Shown one piece after another: positions 37,538 through 47,371 of a DNA stretch of 64,000 nucleotides; positions within the stretch are counted from its first letter, which is position 1, and every line of letters starts with the position of its first letter. A model generated the notes under the pieces. It was not told the origin of the DNA and did no database searches. It was given only the letters and a program-made list of their open reading frames with translations. The stretch spans positions 499 through 64,498 of the forward strand of contig DAOTYF010000055.1 of assembly GCA_034434995.1 (NCBI GenBank), in the 5' to 3' direction. A program made the position numbers and the translations under genes. Source of the stretch: Anaerolineae bacterium (GTDB lineage Bacteria > Chloroflexota > Anaerolineae > Aggregatilineales > UBA3940).

Positions 37538-39403
37538 TTATCGCACTCGCGCCCGCACCGACTCCACGATCTCCGCGATCAGGTCGTAGCGCCCAAACTG
37601 GGGCATGAGGTACAGCCCGGCGGCCCGCTGGCGAAGCTGATGTGCTAATTCCTGCGCGATCCGCACGCCTTCCTGTGGAGCATCTTCGCCTGCCGCCTCG
37701 ATGCGCGCCATGATCGCCTCGGGGATCAGAATCCCGGGAACCTCGTTGTGCAGGAAACTGGCATGGCGCGCGCTATACAGCGGCAGTAGGCCCACCAGGA
37801 TCGGCACGCTGAGCGTGCCGTACAGGTCAGTGTAGCGGGCCACAAAACGGTCGTAAGCGTCCAGGTCAAAGATCGGCTGGCTGATCAGGTAATCCGCCCC
37901 GTTCTCGATCTTCCTGCGCGTCACGCTCACTTCCCGATCCAGGTCGGGGGCGCACAGATTGACAGCACAGCTGACCAGGAAGTTGGTCGGTTGGCCGATC
38001 TGGTTGCCCGCTGAGTCTCGCCCCGCGTTGAGGTTCTGCTTGATCAACCGCACCAGGCCCGACGGGACGATGTCGTAGTTATCGGCGGCTTCCGGGTAAT
38101 CGCCGATGTGGGTTGGATCGCCCATCACCACGAACAGATTCCGCACGCCCAGCGCGTGTGCGGCCAGCAGGTCACCCTGAATGCGCAGTAGGTTGCGCCC
38201 GCGGGTGGGAAAGTGCAGCACAGTCTCGATTCTCGCCTGCTGCTGGAGCAGGTAACTAACCGCCCAGGGACTCATTCTCATGCGTGCCATCGGCGTATCG
38301 GCCACATTGAGCACATCCACGCCTGCCGAGCGAAGCAATTCGGCAGCACGCAGCACCTTCTCCGTGGCGATCCCTCTGGGGGGAGATATCTCAACTGCGA
38401 TCACAAAGTCACCGTGCGCGATCTTCTGGGCAAGGGGGCTTGGGGCAGGCGGCCTGCCAACATCCTCGGTGCTCTCAGCCTCCACGTCGCCGACCAGAAC
38501 TGCCGTGGTACGGGCCGGATCGTCGAGAGCGGCGCGCATGGCCGCGATGTGCGCTGGGGTCGTGCCGCAGCACCCGCCGATGATAGTCACGCCCTGCGCC
38601 CGCAACGCCAGCGCGTATTCAGCAAAGTAGCCTGGCCCGGCGGGGTACATTACCCGCCCACCCACGTACTCCGGCCAGCCTGCGTTGGGCATCGCGGAGT
38701 AGACGAGGCCGGGCGCGACGGTCTGCATGGCCCTGATAACACGCATGATCTGGGCCGGGCCGTTGGAGCAGTTCACACCGATAGCCGACACGCCTAAACC
38801 GGCCAGCGTTTCGGCGACCTGCTGCGGTGTATCCCCCAGCAAGGTGCGGTCATCACGGGTGAAGGTCACCTCGGCAACGATGGGCGTTTCCGGGCACACA
38901 TCACGTGCAGCGCGAACGGCCTCGGCCAGCTCCAGCAGGTCGGAGAAGGTTTCCAGAAATAGTAAATCAGCCCCGCACAGCGCTGCGATCTGTTCGCAGA
39001 ACGCCTCATATGCCTGCCGCGCTGGGACGCGCCCGAAGGGAGCCAGCCGCACCCCTAACGGGCCAACCGATCCGGCGACGTACCGGTTAGGCTGGGAGGT
39101 GGCCTCAACAGCCTGGCGGGCCAGAGATACGGCGGCGCGGTTGATCGCCGCCACCTGGCCCTCCAGCCCATGCTCACCCAGCTTAAAGCGGTTGGCTCCA
39201 AAGGTGTTGGTCTCTACGATCTCGGCCCCGGCCTCGAGGTACGCACGGTGAATCTCGGACACCAGTGCCGGATTACTGAGGTTGAGTTCGTCGAAGCAGG
39301 AATCAATCGGAACACCCTGGCTGTGCAGCAGGGTTCCCATCGCGCCATCGGCTAGAATGACGCCTTGTGACAGCCGATCCCGGAATGGAATCTGAATACC
39401 CAT
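37538..39403 (-). CDS. bifunctional homocysteine S-methyltransferase / 5,10-methylenetetrahydrofolate reductase (YitJ-like)
   Basis: The N-terminal Hcy-binding domain carries Zn-ligand motifs (GVNCSNGP, GGCCGTTP). The C-terminal half is MTHFR-like. The fusion architecture matches B. subtilis YitJ. Confidence 0.85.
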   Translation of the reverse strand: MGIQIPFRDRLSQGVILADGAMGTLLHSQGVPIDSCFDELNLSNPALVSEIHRAYLEAGAEIVETNTFGANRFKLGEHGLEGQVAAINRAAVSLARQAVEATSQPNRYVAGSVGPLGVRLAPFGRVPARQAYEAFCEQIAALCGADLLFLETFSDLLELAEAVRAARDVCPETPIVAEVTFTRDDRTLLGDTPQQVAETLAGLGVSAIGVNCSNGPAQIMRVIRAMQTVAPGLVYSAMPNAGWPEYVGGRVMYPAGPGYFAEYALALRAQGVTIIGGCCGTTPAHIAAMRAALDDPARTTAVLVGDVEAESTEDVGRPPAPSPLAQKIAHGDFVIAVEISPPRGIATEKVLRAAELLRSAGVDVLNVADTPMARMRMSPWAVSYLLQQQARIETVLHFPTRGRNLLRIQGDLLAAHALGVRNLFVVMGDPTHIGDYPEAADNYDIVPSGLVRLIKQNLNAGRDSAGNQIGQPTNFLVSCAVNLCAPDLDREVSVTRRKIENGADYLISQPIFDLDAYDRFVARYTDLYGTLSVPILVGLLPLYSARHASFLHNEVPGILIPEAIMARIEAAGEDAPQEGVRIAQELAHQLRQRAAGLYLMPQFGRYDLIAEIVESVRARVR

Positions 39404-39547
39404 CGCGCCCCCTCTATGTCTCCACCCTGGCAGTCTGGTGCGCGACTCTACCGCCTCTCACGGCAGGAAGGCAAGTGCCAGGCTTTGTTGTTAATCAGGC
39501 TGTGGTTATACTTGAGGGAGTTCGATACTCATCTACCGCCTTGAAGT

Positions 39548-39913
39548 ATGGAGAGAACGCGCATGAGCGTCACGATGAGCGACGAAGTGCTGAAGGATGG
39601 CCTGCACAGGATCACGCTGGCTGGCACGTTGGATGCTCCTAACACCATGACCATCGAGGATGACTTCCGCACCCGCGTGATGGGCCTGGGTGGCCAACAG
39701 GTGATCGTTGATCTCTCCGATGTGGACTACATGTCGAGCTACGGCCTGCGGATGTTCCTGATCGGGGCCAAGTTGCTTGACAATCGGGGTGGAACATTGC
39801 ATCTGGCAGGGCCGAATCCGAAGGTAATGGAGGTTATTCGCCTGGCAGGTTACGATACGATGTTCCCGGTTCACGAGACAGTTGATGAGGCAATTCTGCT
39901 TCTGGCAGGTTAG
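39548..39913 (+). CDS. STAS-domain anti-sigma-factor antagonist
   Basis: The SpoIIAA-like motif VIVDLSDVDYMSSYGLRMF includes a candidate phospho-serine. An alternative start lies at 39563. Confidence 0.8.
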   Translation: MERTRMSVTMSDEVLKDGLHRITLAGTLDAPNTMTIEDDFRTRVMGLGGQQVIVDLSDVDYMSSYGLRMFLIGAKLLDNRGGTLHLAGPNPKVMEVIRLAGYDTMFPVHETVDEAILLLAG

Positions 39914-40002
39914 GGTTGTGTTGGCATTCCCAGGAGCACAAGCGACAACACGCCCTAGCCATTCTAAGCTACACCCTGCCAAGAAAACCTTGCGGCTGCG
40001 AC

Positions 40003-40809
40003 ATGCCTCTGCTGTGGCCTTCCCTTGATGCCCAGCATATCTACCTCTCTCCCCATCCCGACGACGCCGTGCTCAGCTGCGGCGGCATGATCTGGCAACA
40101 AGCTAGGCGGGGAGAGACCATCGCGGTGATCACGCTCTTCAGCGCCAGCCCGCCCTCGCACCAGATCCTTTCCCCATTTGCACGCTCACTGCACGAACGC
40201 TGGCAGCGTTCAATGCCACCCGGGGTGGATTTCTCCAATCCCCCCGCCGTGCGTCGTGCTGAAGACCAGCAAGCCATCAAGTCGCTGGGCAGGGCAATCC
40301 GGGTGATCTACCTCCCTTTGCTTGATTGCATCTACCGCCATCACCCCCTCACCGGGAAGCCCCTTTATGCCAGCGAGGAGAGCCTTTTTGGGCTAGTCCA
40401 CCCTGCTGACCCTGCACTGGATGGGTTGAGCGCAGCCCCGCCCCTCCCGCTGGGATCAACGCTGTATGCGCCTCTGGGAATCGGCCATCACGTTGACCAT
40501 CAGATTGTGTACGCGGCGGTGGAAAGATGGGGGCTTCTTCCTCAGCAGGTGTGGTACTACGAGGACTATCCCTACGTTACCGTGCCAGGCGCGTTGGAAG
40601 AGAGGCTGAGAGAAGGTTCAGGCTGGAGTCCGGTAGTTGTGTCACTTGGCCAGGCCGCGCTCGAGGCCAAGATCGCTGCAGTAAGCCGGTATACCTCCCA
40701 GATCAGCACCTTCTGGTATGATTTGGCTGAGATGGCGGCAGCACTGCGCGCCCACACTGCTCACAGCGGCGGCGAACGTGTGTGGCGTAGAGCGGGTAAA
40801 ACCGCCTAG
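40003..40809 (+). CDS. PIG-L/LmbE-family deacetylase
   Basis: The motif is LSPHPDDAVLSCGG, with a downstream HxDH (GHHVDHQ). The start was trimmed to the ATG at 40003. Confidence 0.8.
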   Translation: MPLLWPSLDAQHIYLSPHPDDAVLSCGGMIWQQARRGETIAVITLFSASPPSHQILSPFARSLHERWQRSMPPGVDFSNPPAVRRAEDQQAIKSLGRAIRVIYLPLLDCIYRHHPLTGKPLYASEESLFGLVHPADPALDGLSAAPPLPLGSTLYAPLGIGHHVDHQIVYAAVERWGLLPQQVWYYEDYPYVTVPGALEERLREGSGWSPVVVSLGQAALEAKIAAVSRYTSQISTFWYDLAEMAAALRAHTAHSGGERVWRRAGKTA

Positions 40810-41132
40810 ATTTGCTCGTAGCGTTCGATGTTGAAGACGAAGATTGTGGCACCACCAATGGGGATTTCGGTGTAAGCCACTCCCATGGCGATAGGCTCAG
40901 TTGGATCAAGATGAATGGGGTGGAGTCGGGTACGTTGCTGGCAAACTTGACGCAGCACATCCAGCACTGCATCCACCTGATCATCCTCGGTCGCGCAAAA
41001 CAGGGTTGTATTCCCCTGCCGGAAGAATCCACCGGTTGAGGCCATGCGCGTGACGCGCTGGCCCTTCTCAGTCAGCGCCTTGATGGCCGCGTCCGCATCG
41101 ATATCCTGAACGATGGCCAGAACCAACTTCAT
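40806..41132 (-). CDS. darA: PII-like cyclic-di-AMP receptor (DarA/PstA, DUF970)
   Basis: It is 108 aa and collinear with B. subtilis DarA/YaaQ as I recall it (MKLVLAIVQD...RVTRMASTGGFFRQGNTTLF...GGATIFVF). Its stop shares the palindrome CTAG with the convergent PIG-L gene. Confidence 0.8.
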   Translation of the reverse strand: MKLVLAIVQDIDADAAIKALTEKGQRVTRMASTGGFFRQGNTTLFCATEDDQVDAVLDVLRQVCQQRTRLHPIHLDPTEPIAMGVAYTEIPIGGATIFVFNIERYEQI

Positions 41133-41219
41133 GGGCTTTCGTCCCCCTATCAATAGGGCCAGGCAGGGATGTGGCTTGTAGCCCTATTATAGGTGCATTT
41201 GCACCTGGCGGTAGTGTTT

Positions 41220-41492
41220 CTACACACCCCGCGCGGAGTACCCCGGCCCGCGCGAAAAGAAGTCGTAGTTGGGTTGAATATCTCCCCTCAGTGGCTGCGG
41301 AACCTCTGATTCCGGCCAGATCGCATTATACGGGCAGGCTGGGATGCACTTCCCGCAGTCGATGCACGCGGCAGGATCAATGTAATAGGTCGGCCAGGCG
41401 TCGATGGGCTGCCCCGGTATGATGCAGTCCACCGGACACACCTTAACGCACTCCCCCGACCGCAGACACAGCCCTGTGATGATGTGCGTCAT
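41220..41492 (-). CDS. 4Fe-4S dicluster-type ferredoxin
   Basis: The cysteine motifs are CLRSGECVKVCP and CIDCGKCIPACP. The start was trimmed to the ATG at 41492. Confidence 0.8.
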   Translation of the reverse strand: MTHIITGLCLRSGECVKVCPVDCIIPGQPIDAWPTYYIDPAACIDCGKCIPACPYNAIWPESEVPQPLRGDIQPNYDFFSRGPGYSARGV

Positions 41493-41508
41493 CGTGGCTT
41501 GATGCAAG

Positions 41509-42738
41509 TTACGGCAGGAACGCGATCTGCGGCGGGAAGAATACCGTATCCGCCGTATGGAAAAACGTCGTCCCTGGCTTGAGCGGGACGGCCCCGCCAC
41601 TGGCATCAGTCAATTGCAGCATCCCCTCTGCTGCCAGCCGGTTCCAGCGGATGGCATATCGCTGCCCATCGCGCAGCAATACACCATCACCCTGACTGGC
41701 CAGATTGATCCGCACAGAGTATAACTCACCCAGCGCACCTTCCTGTTCCAGGAAGTCCGCTTCCGAATGGGGAACCTGCAGAATCACCACGTTATCAAAG
41801 GCGATCTGGGTATTGGGCAGCAGATAATCACCGTCCGGCTGATCGTCTGTCCAACTCAGCCAGCGTCCCGACGCGCCATCCCAGCGCCAGGTATGCTTGG
41901 GGCCGATGCCGGGATAGTCAATCGTTGCTTCAGTGGTGGGCGTGCCCCCTGCAGGCGGGTTGAGGTTGAAGGCCAGTCCGTCGAGGTTGGGCCGCTGGTT
42001 GATGCCTGTCTCGGTTTCCCACTGCCAGATCGCGGATGGCACGGCGAACAGGGTATGCCAACTGGCAACACCAGGTCGCGGAACATCGGGGATACGCACC
42101 AGGTATGGGGCTCCATATCCCTGTTGTTCTGACATCGCCCGATTCCGCCAGGGAGCAGCCAGCACCAGCTCCATGATGCGGGGCGGGCCGGGCGGCTCGT
42201 GCCTGAAATTAGAGCTGCCGCCGGAGAACACCAACACCCCACCATACATATCCACCAGGTGCTCCACGTCGATCAGGCGGGCGCTACGCACCGACCCCAC
42301 CTGTTGCGGCGACTGGCTGTAGATCACGGCGGTATAGCGCGTCTGGGCAAAGCCCTCCATTTGAGATTCCCAGACGTGATCGGCGAAGGCCCAGCCGCTC
42401 TGCGGTCGTACTACCGACGATTCGTTACTGACCTTGACCAGCAGAGGGCGGCGGTTGAGGGTAGTGGGGTCGGCCACGGGCTGGCCGGTCAGGGGATTCA
42501 CATCGGGCGGGAAGCCGGTTGGGCCATAAGGGCCGATGGGCGTGGCAACGGATTGCTCTGGTGCAGGAGCAGCCGTTGGCGTGGGCGTGACGGGAATCGC
42601 CGTTGGTATGGCAATCAACGGCGTGGGCGTCGGGGTAGGGATAGGCGTTGGGGCGCTACACGCCACCAGCCCCCCGATCAGCGCAATCCCCATCATGATC
42701 TGCCATCTCTCCAAATGAACCATAGCCCCAACCCTCAT
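41509..42738 (-). CDS. DUF3048-family lipoprotein (YerB-like)
   Basis: The lipobox is LVAC and a PT-rich linker follows. Conserved blocks include NRRPLLVKVSNES..VRPQSGW and GSVRSARLIDVE. The exact start is uncertain. Confidence 0.7.
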   Translation of the reverse strand: MRVGAMVHLERWQIMMGIALIGGLVACSAPTPIPTPTPTPLIAIPTAIPVTPTPTAAPAPEQSVATPIGPYGPTGFPPDVNPLTGQPVADPTTLNRRPLLVKVSNESSVVRPQSGWAFADHVWESQMEGFAQTRYTAVIYSQSPQQVGSVRSARLIDVEHLVDMYGGVLVFSGGSSNFRHEPPGPPRIMELVLAAPWRNRAMSEQQGYGAPYLVRIPDVPRPGVASWHTLFAVPSAIWQWETETGINQRPNLDGLAFNLNPPAGGTPTTEATIDYPGIGPKHTWRWDGASGRWLSWTDDQPDGDYLLPNTQIAFDNVVILQVPHSEADFLEQEGALGELYSVRINLASQGDGVLLRDGQRYAIRWNRLAAEGMLQLTDASGGAVPLKPGTTFFHTADTVFFPPQIAFLP

Positions 42739-42809
42739 CAGGATTCCTAAATATGGTACGGTGCAGCTCGGCGCCTGACCGTTGCTTTTCGCTCCGCTAG
42801 GCGCAGACC

Positions 42810-43979
42810 CTACGGTTCCACGAACAACTTATCGAAGCCAATCGGAACCATCTCAAACCAGGTTTGCCCAGGTTTCAAGTACAACACACCTCCGGTTGAG
42901 TCCGTAAACTGAAGCATATTCTCCGGGTTACTGCGCGTCCAGTGGCCCTCGTAGCGCTGTCCATCGCGGAACAAGGTTGCCGGTCCATCGCCCCAGATCT
43001 GGATTTCAACCGACAGATGTCCGCCGCCAAAGCTATCCTCCGGGATGTCCGTCTCAATGTGCCACGCGCCGACCAGTAGCACGTTGTCGAAGGCAAGTTG
43101 CTGGCCGGTGAGGGCATCCGTGTGAGGTTCTCCAGCCAGAGTACGCAGGTATTGGCGCGTCAGCGGGTCGTACTGCCAATCTACGTTTGTCCATGACAAC
43201 CCATATCCGATTTGCACGTGGGATGCGGGCGTCCCGCCAGCGGGCGGTGCATTGCTGAAGGCCAGGCCCGGAGTCAGCACAGGTGGCTGGTTGATCCCCT
43301 GCTGGTCAGCCAACCGCCAGATTTCAATGGGCACGGCGAACAGGGTATGCTCGTAGGCTACGTTCTGGAGTGGCACACGCACCAGCGCAGGCGCGCCAAC
43401 ATATGGCCCGGAGAGATTGCGCGCTGCCCACGAGGTGGAATCAATGCGCGCTCGCACCCCATCACTAAAACCCGACGCGGTCAGGATCGCATCAAACATC
43501 GGCACAATTTCGAGATCAAGCAGCCGCCCACTGCGCACGGACCCAACCCGCTCTGGCGTCTGGCTGTAGATCACAGCGGTCAGGCGCGTCTCCCCGCCCT
43601 CAGCGTAATGCTCGAAGACCAGGTCGGCGAAGCTCAAACCAGCCTGCGGGCGCGCCCCGATGTAGTTCGAGACTTTGATTGCCAGGGGCCGGCGGTTCAG
43701 CACAGCAGGATCGGCGACCATCAGCCCCGTTAGGGGGTTGACTCCCGCCGGGTAGCTATCCGGCCCCACGACAGGGTCTCCTGGCATGGTAGGCGCGGGT
43801 TGTGTCACGGCAGCCGTCGGCGTAGTGTTAGGCAGCGGCGCAATCACCACCCCCGGTGTGCGGGTGGGTGTGGGTGTAGCAACAGGCAGCGGGCGACACC
43901 CTCCTAGGGCGAGGGCTGCTACAGCAATCGCGCAGATCAGCAGAACAAGAAATCGCTCGCGTGGCATAGAACCCCACAT
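42810..43979 (-). CDS. DUF3048-family lipoprotein (paralog)
   Basis: The lipobox is LALGGC. The conserved blocks match the neighbouring gene (NRRPLAIKVSNY..ARPQAGL, GSVRSGRLLDLE). Confidence 0.7.
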   Translation of the reverse strand: MWGSMPRERFLVLLICAIAVAALALGGCRPLPVATPTPTRTPGVVIAPLPNTTPTAAVTQPAPTMPGDPVVGPDSYPAGVNPLTGLMVADPAVLNRRPLAIKVSNYIGARPQAGLSFADLVFEHYAEGGETRLTAVIYSQTPERVGSVRSGRLLDLEIVPMFDAILTASGFSDGVRARIDSTSWAARNLSGPYVGAPALVRVPLQNVAYEHTLFAVPIEIWRLADQQGINQPPVLTPGLAFSNAPPAGGTPASHVQIGYGLSWTNVDWQYDPLTRQYLRTLAGEPHTDALTGQQLAFDNVLLVGAWHIETDIPEDSFGGGHLSVEIQIWGDGPATLFRDGQRYEGHWTRSNPENMLQFTDSTGGVLYLKPGQTWFEMVPIGFDKLFVEP

Positions 43980-44080
43980 GAATTCAGCGCGTGCTCCGGC
44001 ACGCAGCGCGGCGAATTATACCATATCGTCATTGATGCAGAGGGAGGACAGTCCTTAGATTAGACGCAGCGGTCCGCCGA

Positions 44081-45271
44081 TCAGCTCATTTCAGGCAGGG
44101 GGCCTATTTCCGCGCCTTGAGCCGCCCGCGTGGCATAGAGGTCAGGCACGCGGCCCGTGCGCTGTTGGTAGCGCCGACCTGTAGCCGCCATGAAGTCCTG
44201 CGCGCCTGCCGCTTCAACCAGGAAGATCAGGCAACCTGCCCATCCCGCGCCGAGGAACCGCCCGCCCAGTCGGGCCGGATGCCCGAGCGACGCTTCCCAC
44301 ATAGCATCAATGTCTGGGCCGCTGGCGGCGTACAGGTCGCGGGCACTGATCTGGGATTCGTCCATGAGCTTTCCCAATGCCTCTACGTTTCCCTGCTTCA
44401 ACGACTCGGCTGCCTGCCGCACCCGGTCAATCTCCTCGATCACATGCTGGGCACGATCGCGGGCAGGCTGTGGAATAACCTCTTTGACCTGATGGAAAAT
44501 CTCCACCGGCACATCGCGCAGCGCCTGGATGCCCGGCAGCACGGTTTGGAGAGCGCGAACGGCCTGCTCGCATTCGGCGCGGCGCTCGTTGTAGCGGCTG
44601 GTGGATAGGGTGCGTCGCGTGCCTGTATCAGCGATGACCAGCGCTACCCGCTGGCTGAGCGGGACCGCCTCCCAGAAGAGAGTCCGGCAATCAAACAGCA
44701 GAGCATGATCGGCCTGCCCGAACGCGCTGGAAAACTGATCCATCAATCCCGAGTTGACACCAACATAGATGTTCTCAGCGCGCTGGCAGAGCTGGGCCAG
44801 CGCCATCCGATCTCCTTCCCAGCCACTGAGGTATGCCCACATCACGGCGTGCGCTACCTCTATTGCCGCTGATGACGACAGTCCGGCTCCCACCGGCACG
44901 TCCCCCGTCACCGCGATCTCGCAGCCCGGTAGGTCTGCGCCCACATCCTTCAGCGCCCAGGCAACTCCTGCCGGGTACCGTGCCCATTCAGGCAGAGGTC
45001 GCCCATCCAAGGCTTGCTTAGCATCGAGCGCCAGCAGGTCAAAACTGACTCGCTCGTCCATATCTAGGGAATGGATGGTCACATGTGACCCTGATATCTG
45101 GCGGGCAGCGACCCACACACTCCGATCAATGGCAGCGGGCAGTACCAACCCGTCGTTATAGTCAGTGTGCGCGCCGATCACATCGACACGCCCCGGCGCA
45201 CGGGCGATGATCTCGGGCCGCACGCCAAACGCTGCCTCGAAGCGGGGTATCAAGTCAGCAGGAGGTTGCAT
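44081..45271 (-). CDS. galK: galactokinase
   Basis: The galactokinase signature is GRVDVIGAHTDYNDG. The GHMP motif is GDVPVGAGLSSSAA. Confidence 0.9.
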   Translation of the reverse strand: MQPPADLIPRFEAAFGVRPEIIARAPGRVDVIGAHTDYNDGLVLPAAIDRSVWVAARQISGSHVTIHSLDMDERVSFDLLALDAKQALDGRPLPEWARYPAGVAWALKDVGADLPGCEIAVTGDVPVGAGLSSSAAIEVAHAVMWAYLSGWEGDRMALAQLCQRAENIYVGVNSGLMDQFSSAFGQADHALLFDCRTLFWEAVPLSQRVALVIADTGTRRTLSTSRYNERRAECEQAVRALQTVLPGIQALRDVPVEIFHQVKEVIPQPARDRAQHVIEEIDRVRQAAESLKQGNVEALGKLMDESQISARDLYAASGPDIDAMWEASLGHPARLGGRFLGAGWAGCLIFLVEAAGAQDFMAATGRRYQQRTGRVPDLYATRAAQGAEIGPLPEMS

Positions 45272-45354
45272 GATGCCACCGTTCCATTGTGGTGTGGTTG
45301 AGTAAGGCTCTGCTGCGGGGCCTGTGCAGCCATCTGCTTGCTACTGGCGGGCGC

Positions 45355-46023
45355 TCACAGTACCCGCACAGCAGCAGCAATGCCATCGCCCACCGGGAGG
45401 ATTGTTGCCAGCAAGCGCGAGTCTTCAGCCAGGCGACGATTGAACGCCAGTAGACCCTTCAGATCACGATCCGGGCGTCGGGCGGCGTTCACCACTGCTC
45501 CGCCCCAGAAAGCGTTGTGCGCCAACACCAGTCCTCCTACCCGAACGTTGTTGATGGCCCAGTCCAGATAGTGCGGGTAATCACCCTTGGCTGCGTCAAT
45601 GAACACCGCGTCGAACGGCCCTTCTGCGGTAAGCGTCTTCAGATAGTCCCGCGCATCGACCACCCGCACTTCAACCCGATCCGCTACCCCGGCACGTTCA
45701 AACGACGCCCGAGCTACCTCAGCATGGTGCGGGTCCCTTTCCAGCGAGATCAGCTTCCCGCCTTCGGGCAGGGCGCGCGCGATCCATGTCCCGCTGTAAC
45801 CAGCCAGCGCCCCGATCTCCACCACTCGCCGCGCCCCGTTGGCTGCCAAGACGAATTGCAGCATCCGGCCCTCTTCCGGCTTAATGTGAATCTGGGGCAG
45901 CCCTTCGGCCTCGCTGGCAGCGCGGATCGACCTCAGCGCCTCGTCCTCCGGTGCGAACAGATCGCGGACGTACTGAGCGAGAGCAGTATGAGTCACTTCG
46001 TCCACTCGACAATCTCCTGGCAC
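45355..46023 (-). CDS. class I SAM-dependent O-methyltransferase (family 3, CCoAOMT-like)
   Basis: The SAM-binding motif is VVEIGALAGYSG, followed by FDAVFIDAAK. Confidence 0.8.
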   Translation of the reverse strand: MPGDCRVDEVTHTALAQYVRDLFAPEDEALRSIRAASEAEGLPQIHIKPEEGRMLQFVLAANGARRVVEIGALAGYSGTWIARALPEGGKLISLERDPHHAEVARASFERAGVADRVEVRVVDARDYLKTLTAEGPFDAVFIDAAKGDYPHYLDWAINNVRVGGLVLAHNAFWGGAVVNAARRPDRDLKGLLAFNRRLAEDSRLLATILPVGDGIAAAVRVL

Positions 46024-46306
46024 TCATGTGGCGGAGGTGCGCTGGGAATAACTCTAAACATTCCGCCCGCCCCTGTCAATGGAGAGCTGGCGCAGCAGGC
46101 CCTATCGCAACCGACTGACAGAGGGTGGATCGCCTGCTCCAGCGCCGCGCGGGGCCGCCTCAAGGCGGATTGCTGCGCAGTGGGAGTCATGCTAAAATCC
46201 CGCCCGTTGAGAGGGTAAGGGATGCGCTTGACTGCGCTACATAGCAGCCAAGCGAAGCGCTGTTTTTGTTATTGATTTCGGTCTTATTACTTCAGACAGG
46301 GCCTCA

Positions 46307-47371
46307 ATGAGCTTTGAGTTTTTGATGCGCCTGGTGGGCATGGTGGTTTTCGCCTTTGGCGGCCTGAACCTGGGCGTTTACATGGCAGGCGTTGCAGGCG
46401 ACCCGCCCGAGATCTGGGCGCTAGTGACCTTGCTGATCGGCGCGCTGTTTGGCCTGATCCTGACCCCCTACTTCACCACCCGTCCTGCCCGTGCGCTGCG
46501 CGATTATTTGGGCCAGGTTCCTGCCCAGCAACTGGTCGCAGGGGTATTTGGGCTGATCGTTGGCCTAGGCATCGCGGCGTTGCTCTCCCTGCCGCTGTCC
46601 CTGCTGCCGCAGCCCTACAGCGCGATTTTGCCGGGCATTGCGGCCATTGTGTTTGGATACTTTGGCACGGCGATCTTTGCCATGCGGCGGCGCGATGTAT
46701 TCGAGGTTTTTCGCGGCCAGTTCCCCAGCCTGACACTAGGCGGCGACGAGGGCGGTCTGCCACCCAGCCGCCAACTCCTGCTGGATACGAGCGTTATTAT
46801 TGACGGGCGCATCGCTGATATCAGCCAGACCGGCTTCATCATGGGGCCGATGCTCGTCCCGCGCTTCGTGCTGAGCGAACTGCAACACATCGCCGACTCG
46901 CCCGATACCCTGCGCCGCAACCGGGGTCGCCGGGGGCTGGATATGCTCAACCGGCTCCAGAAGGAATCCCTCGTCCCGGTGCGCATCACCGACATGGACG
47001 TAGAGGGTGTGGACTCGGTGGATGAGAAGCTGATCGTGCTCGCCAAGCAGCTTCATTGCGCCATCGTGACTAACGACTTCAACCTGAACCGCATCGCGGA
47101 GCTTCAGGGCGTGTTGGTATTGAACATTAACGACCTGGCTAATGCAGTCAAGACGGTCTATTTGCCCGGCGAGGAGATGGAGATCGAGATCATCCAGGAG
47201 GGCCGCGAGATCGGTCAGGGAGTGGGCTACCTGGAGGACGGCACGATGGTCGTGGTCGAAGGAGGGCGGCGTCATATGGGCCATACCATCCCAGCGACCG
47301 TCACCAAAGTGCTGCAAACCTCCGCCGGGCGCATGATCTTCGCCCGCCCAACCGATCCGAACGCGCGATGA
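46307..47371 (+). CDS. yacL: PIN/TRAM-domain membrane-associated protein (YacL-like)
   Basis: N-terminal TM helices are followed by a PIN domain (LLLDTSVIIDGRI...IVTNDFNLN). A C-terminal TRAM-like domain is present (GVGYLEDGTMVVVEGG). Confidence 0.8.
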   Translation: MSFEFLMRLVGMVVFAFGGLNLGVYMAGVAGDPPEIWALVTLLIGALFGLILTPYFTTRPARALRDYLGQVPAQQLVAGVFGLIVGLGIAALLSLPLSLLPQPYSAILPGIAAIVFGYFGTAIFAMRRRDVFEVFRGQFPSLTLGGDEGGLPPSRQLLLDTSVIIDGRIADISQTGFIMGPMLVPRFVLSELQHIADSPDTLRRNRGRRGLDMLNRLQKESLVPVRITDMDVEGVDSVDEKLIVLAKQLHCAIVTNDFNLNRIAELQGVLVLNINDLANAVKTVYLPGEEMEIEIIQEGREIGQGVGYLEDGTMVVVEGGRRHMGHTIPATVTKVLQTSAGRMIFARPTDPNAR

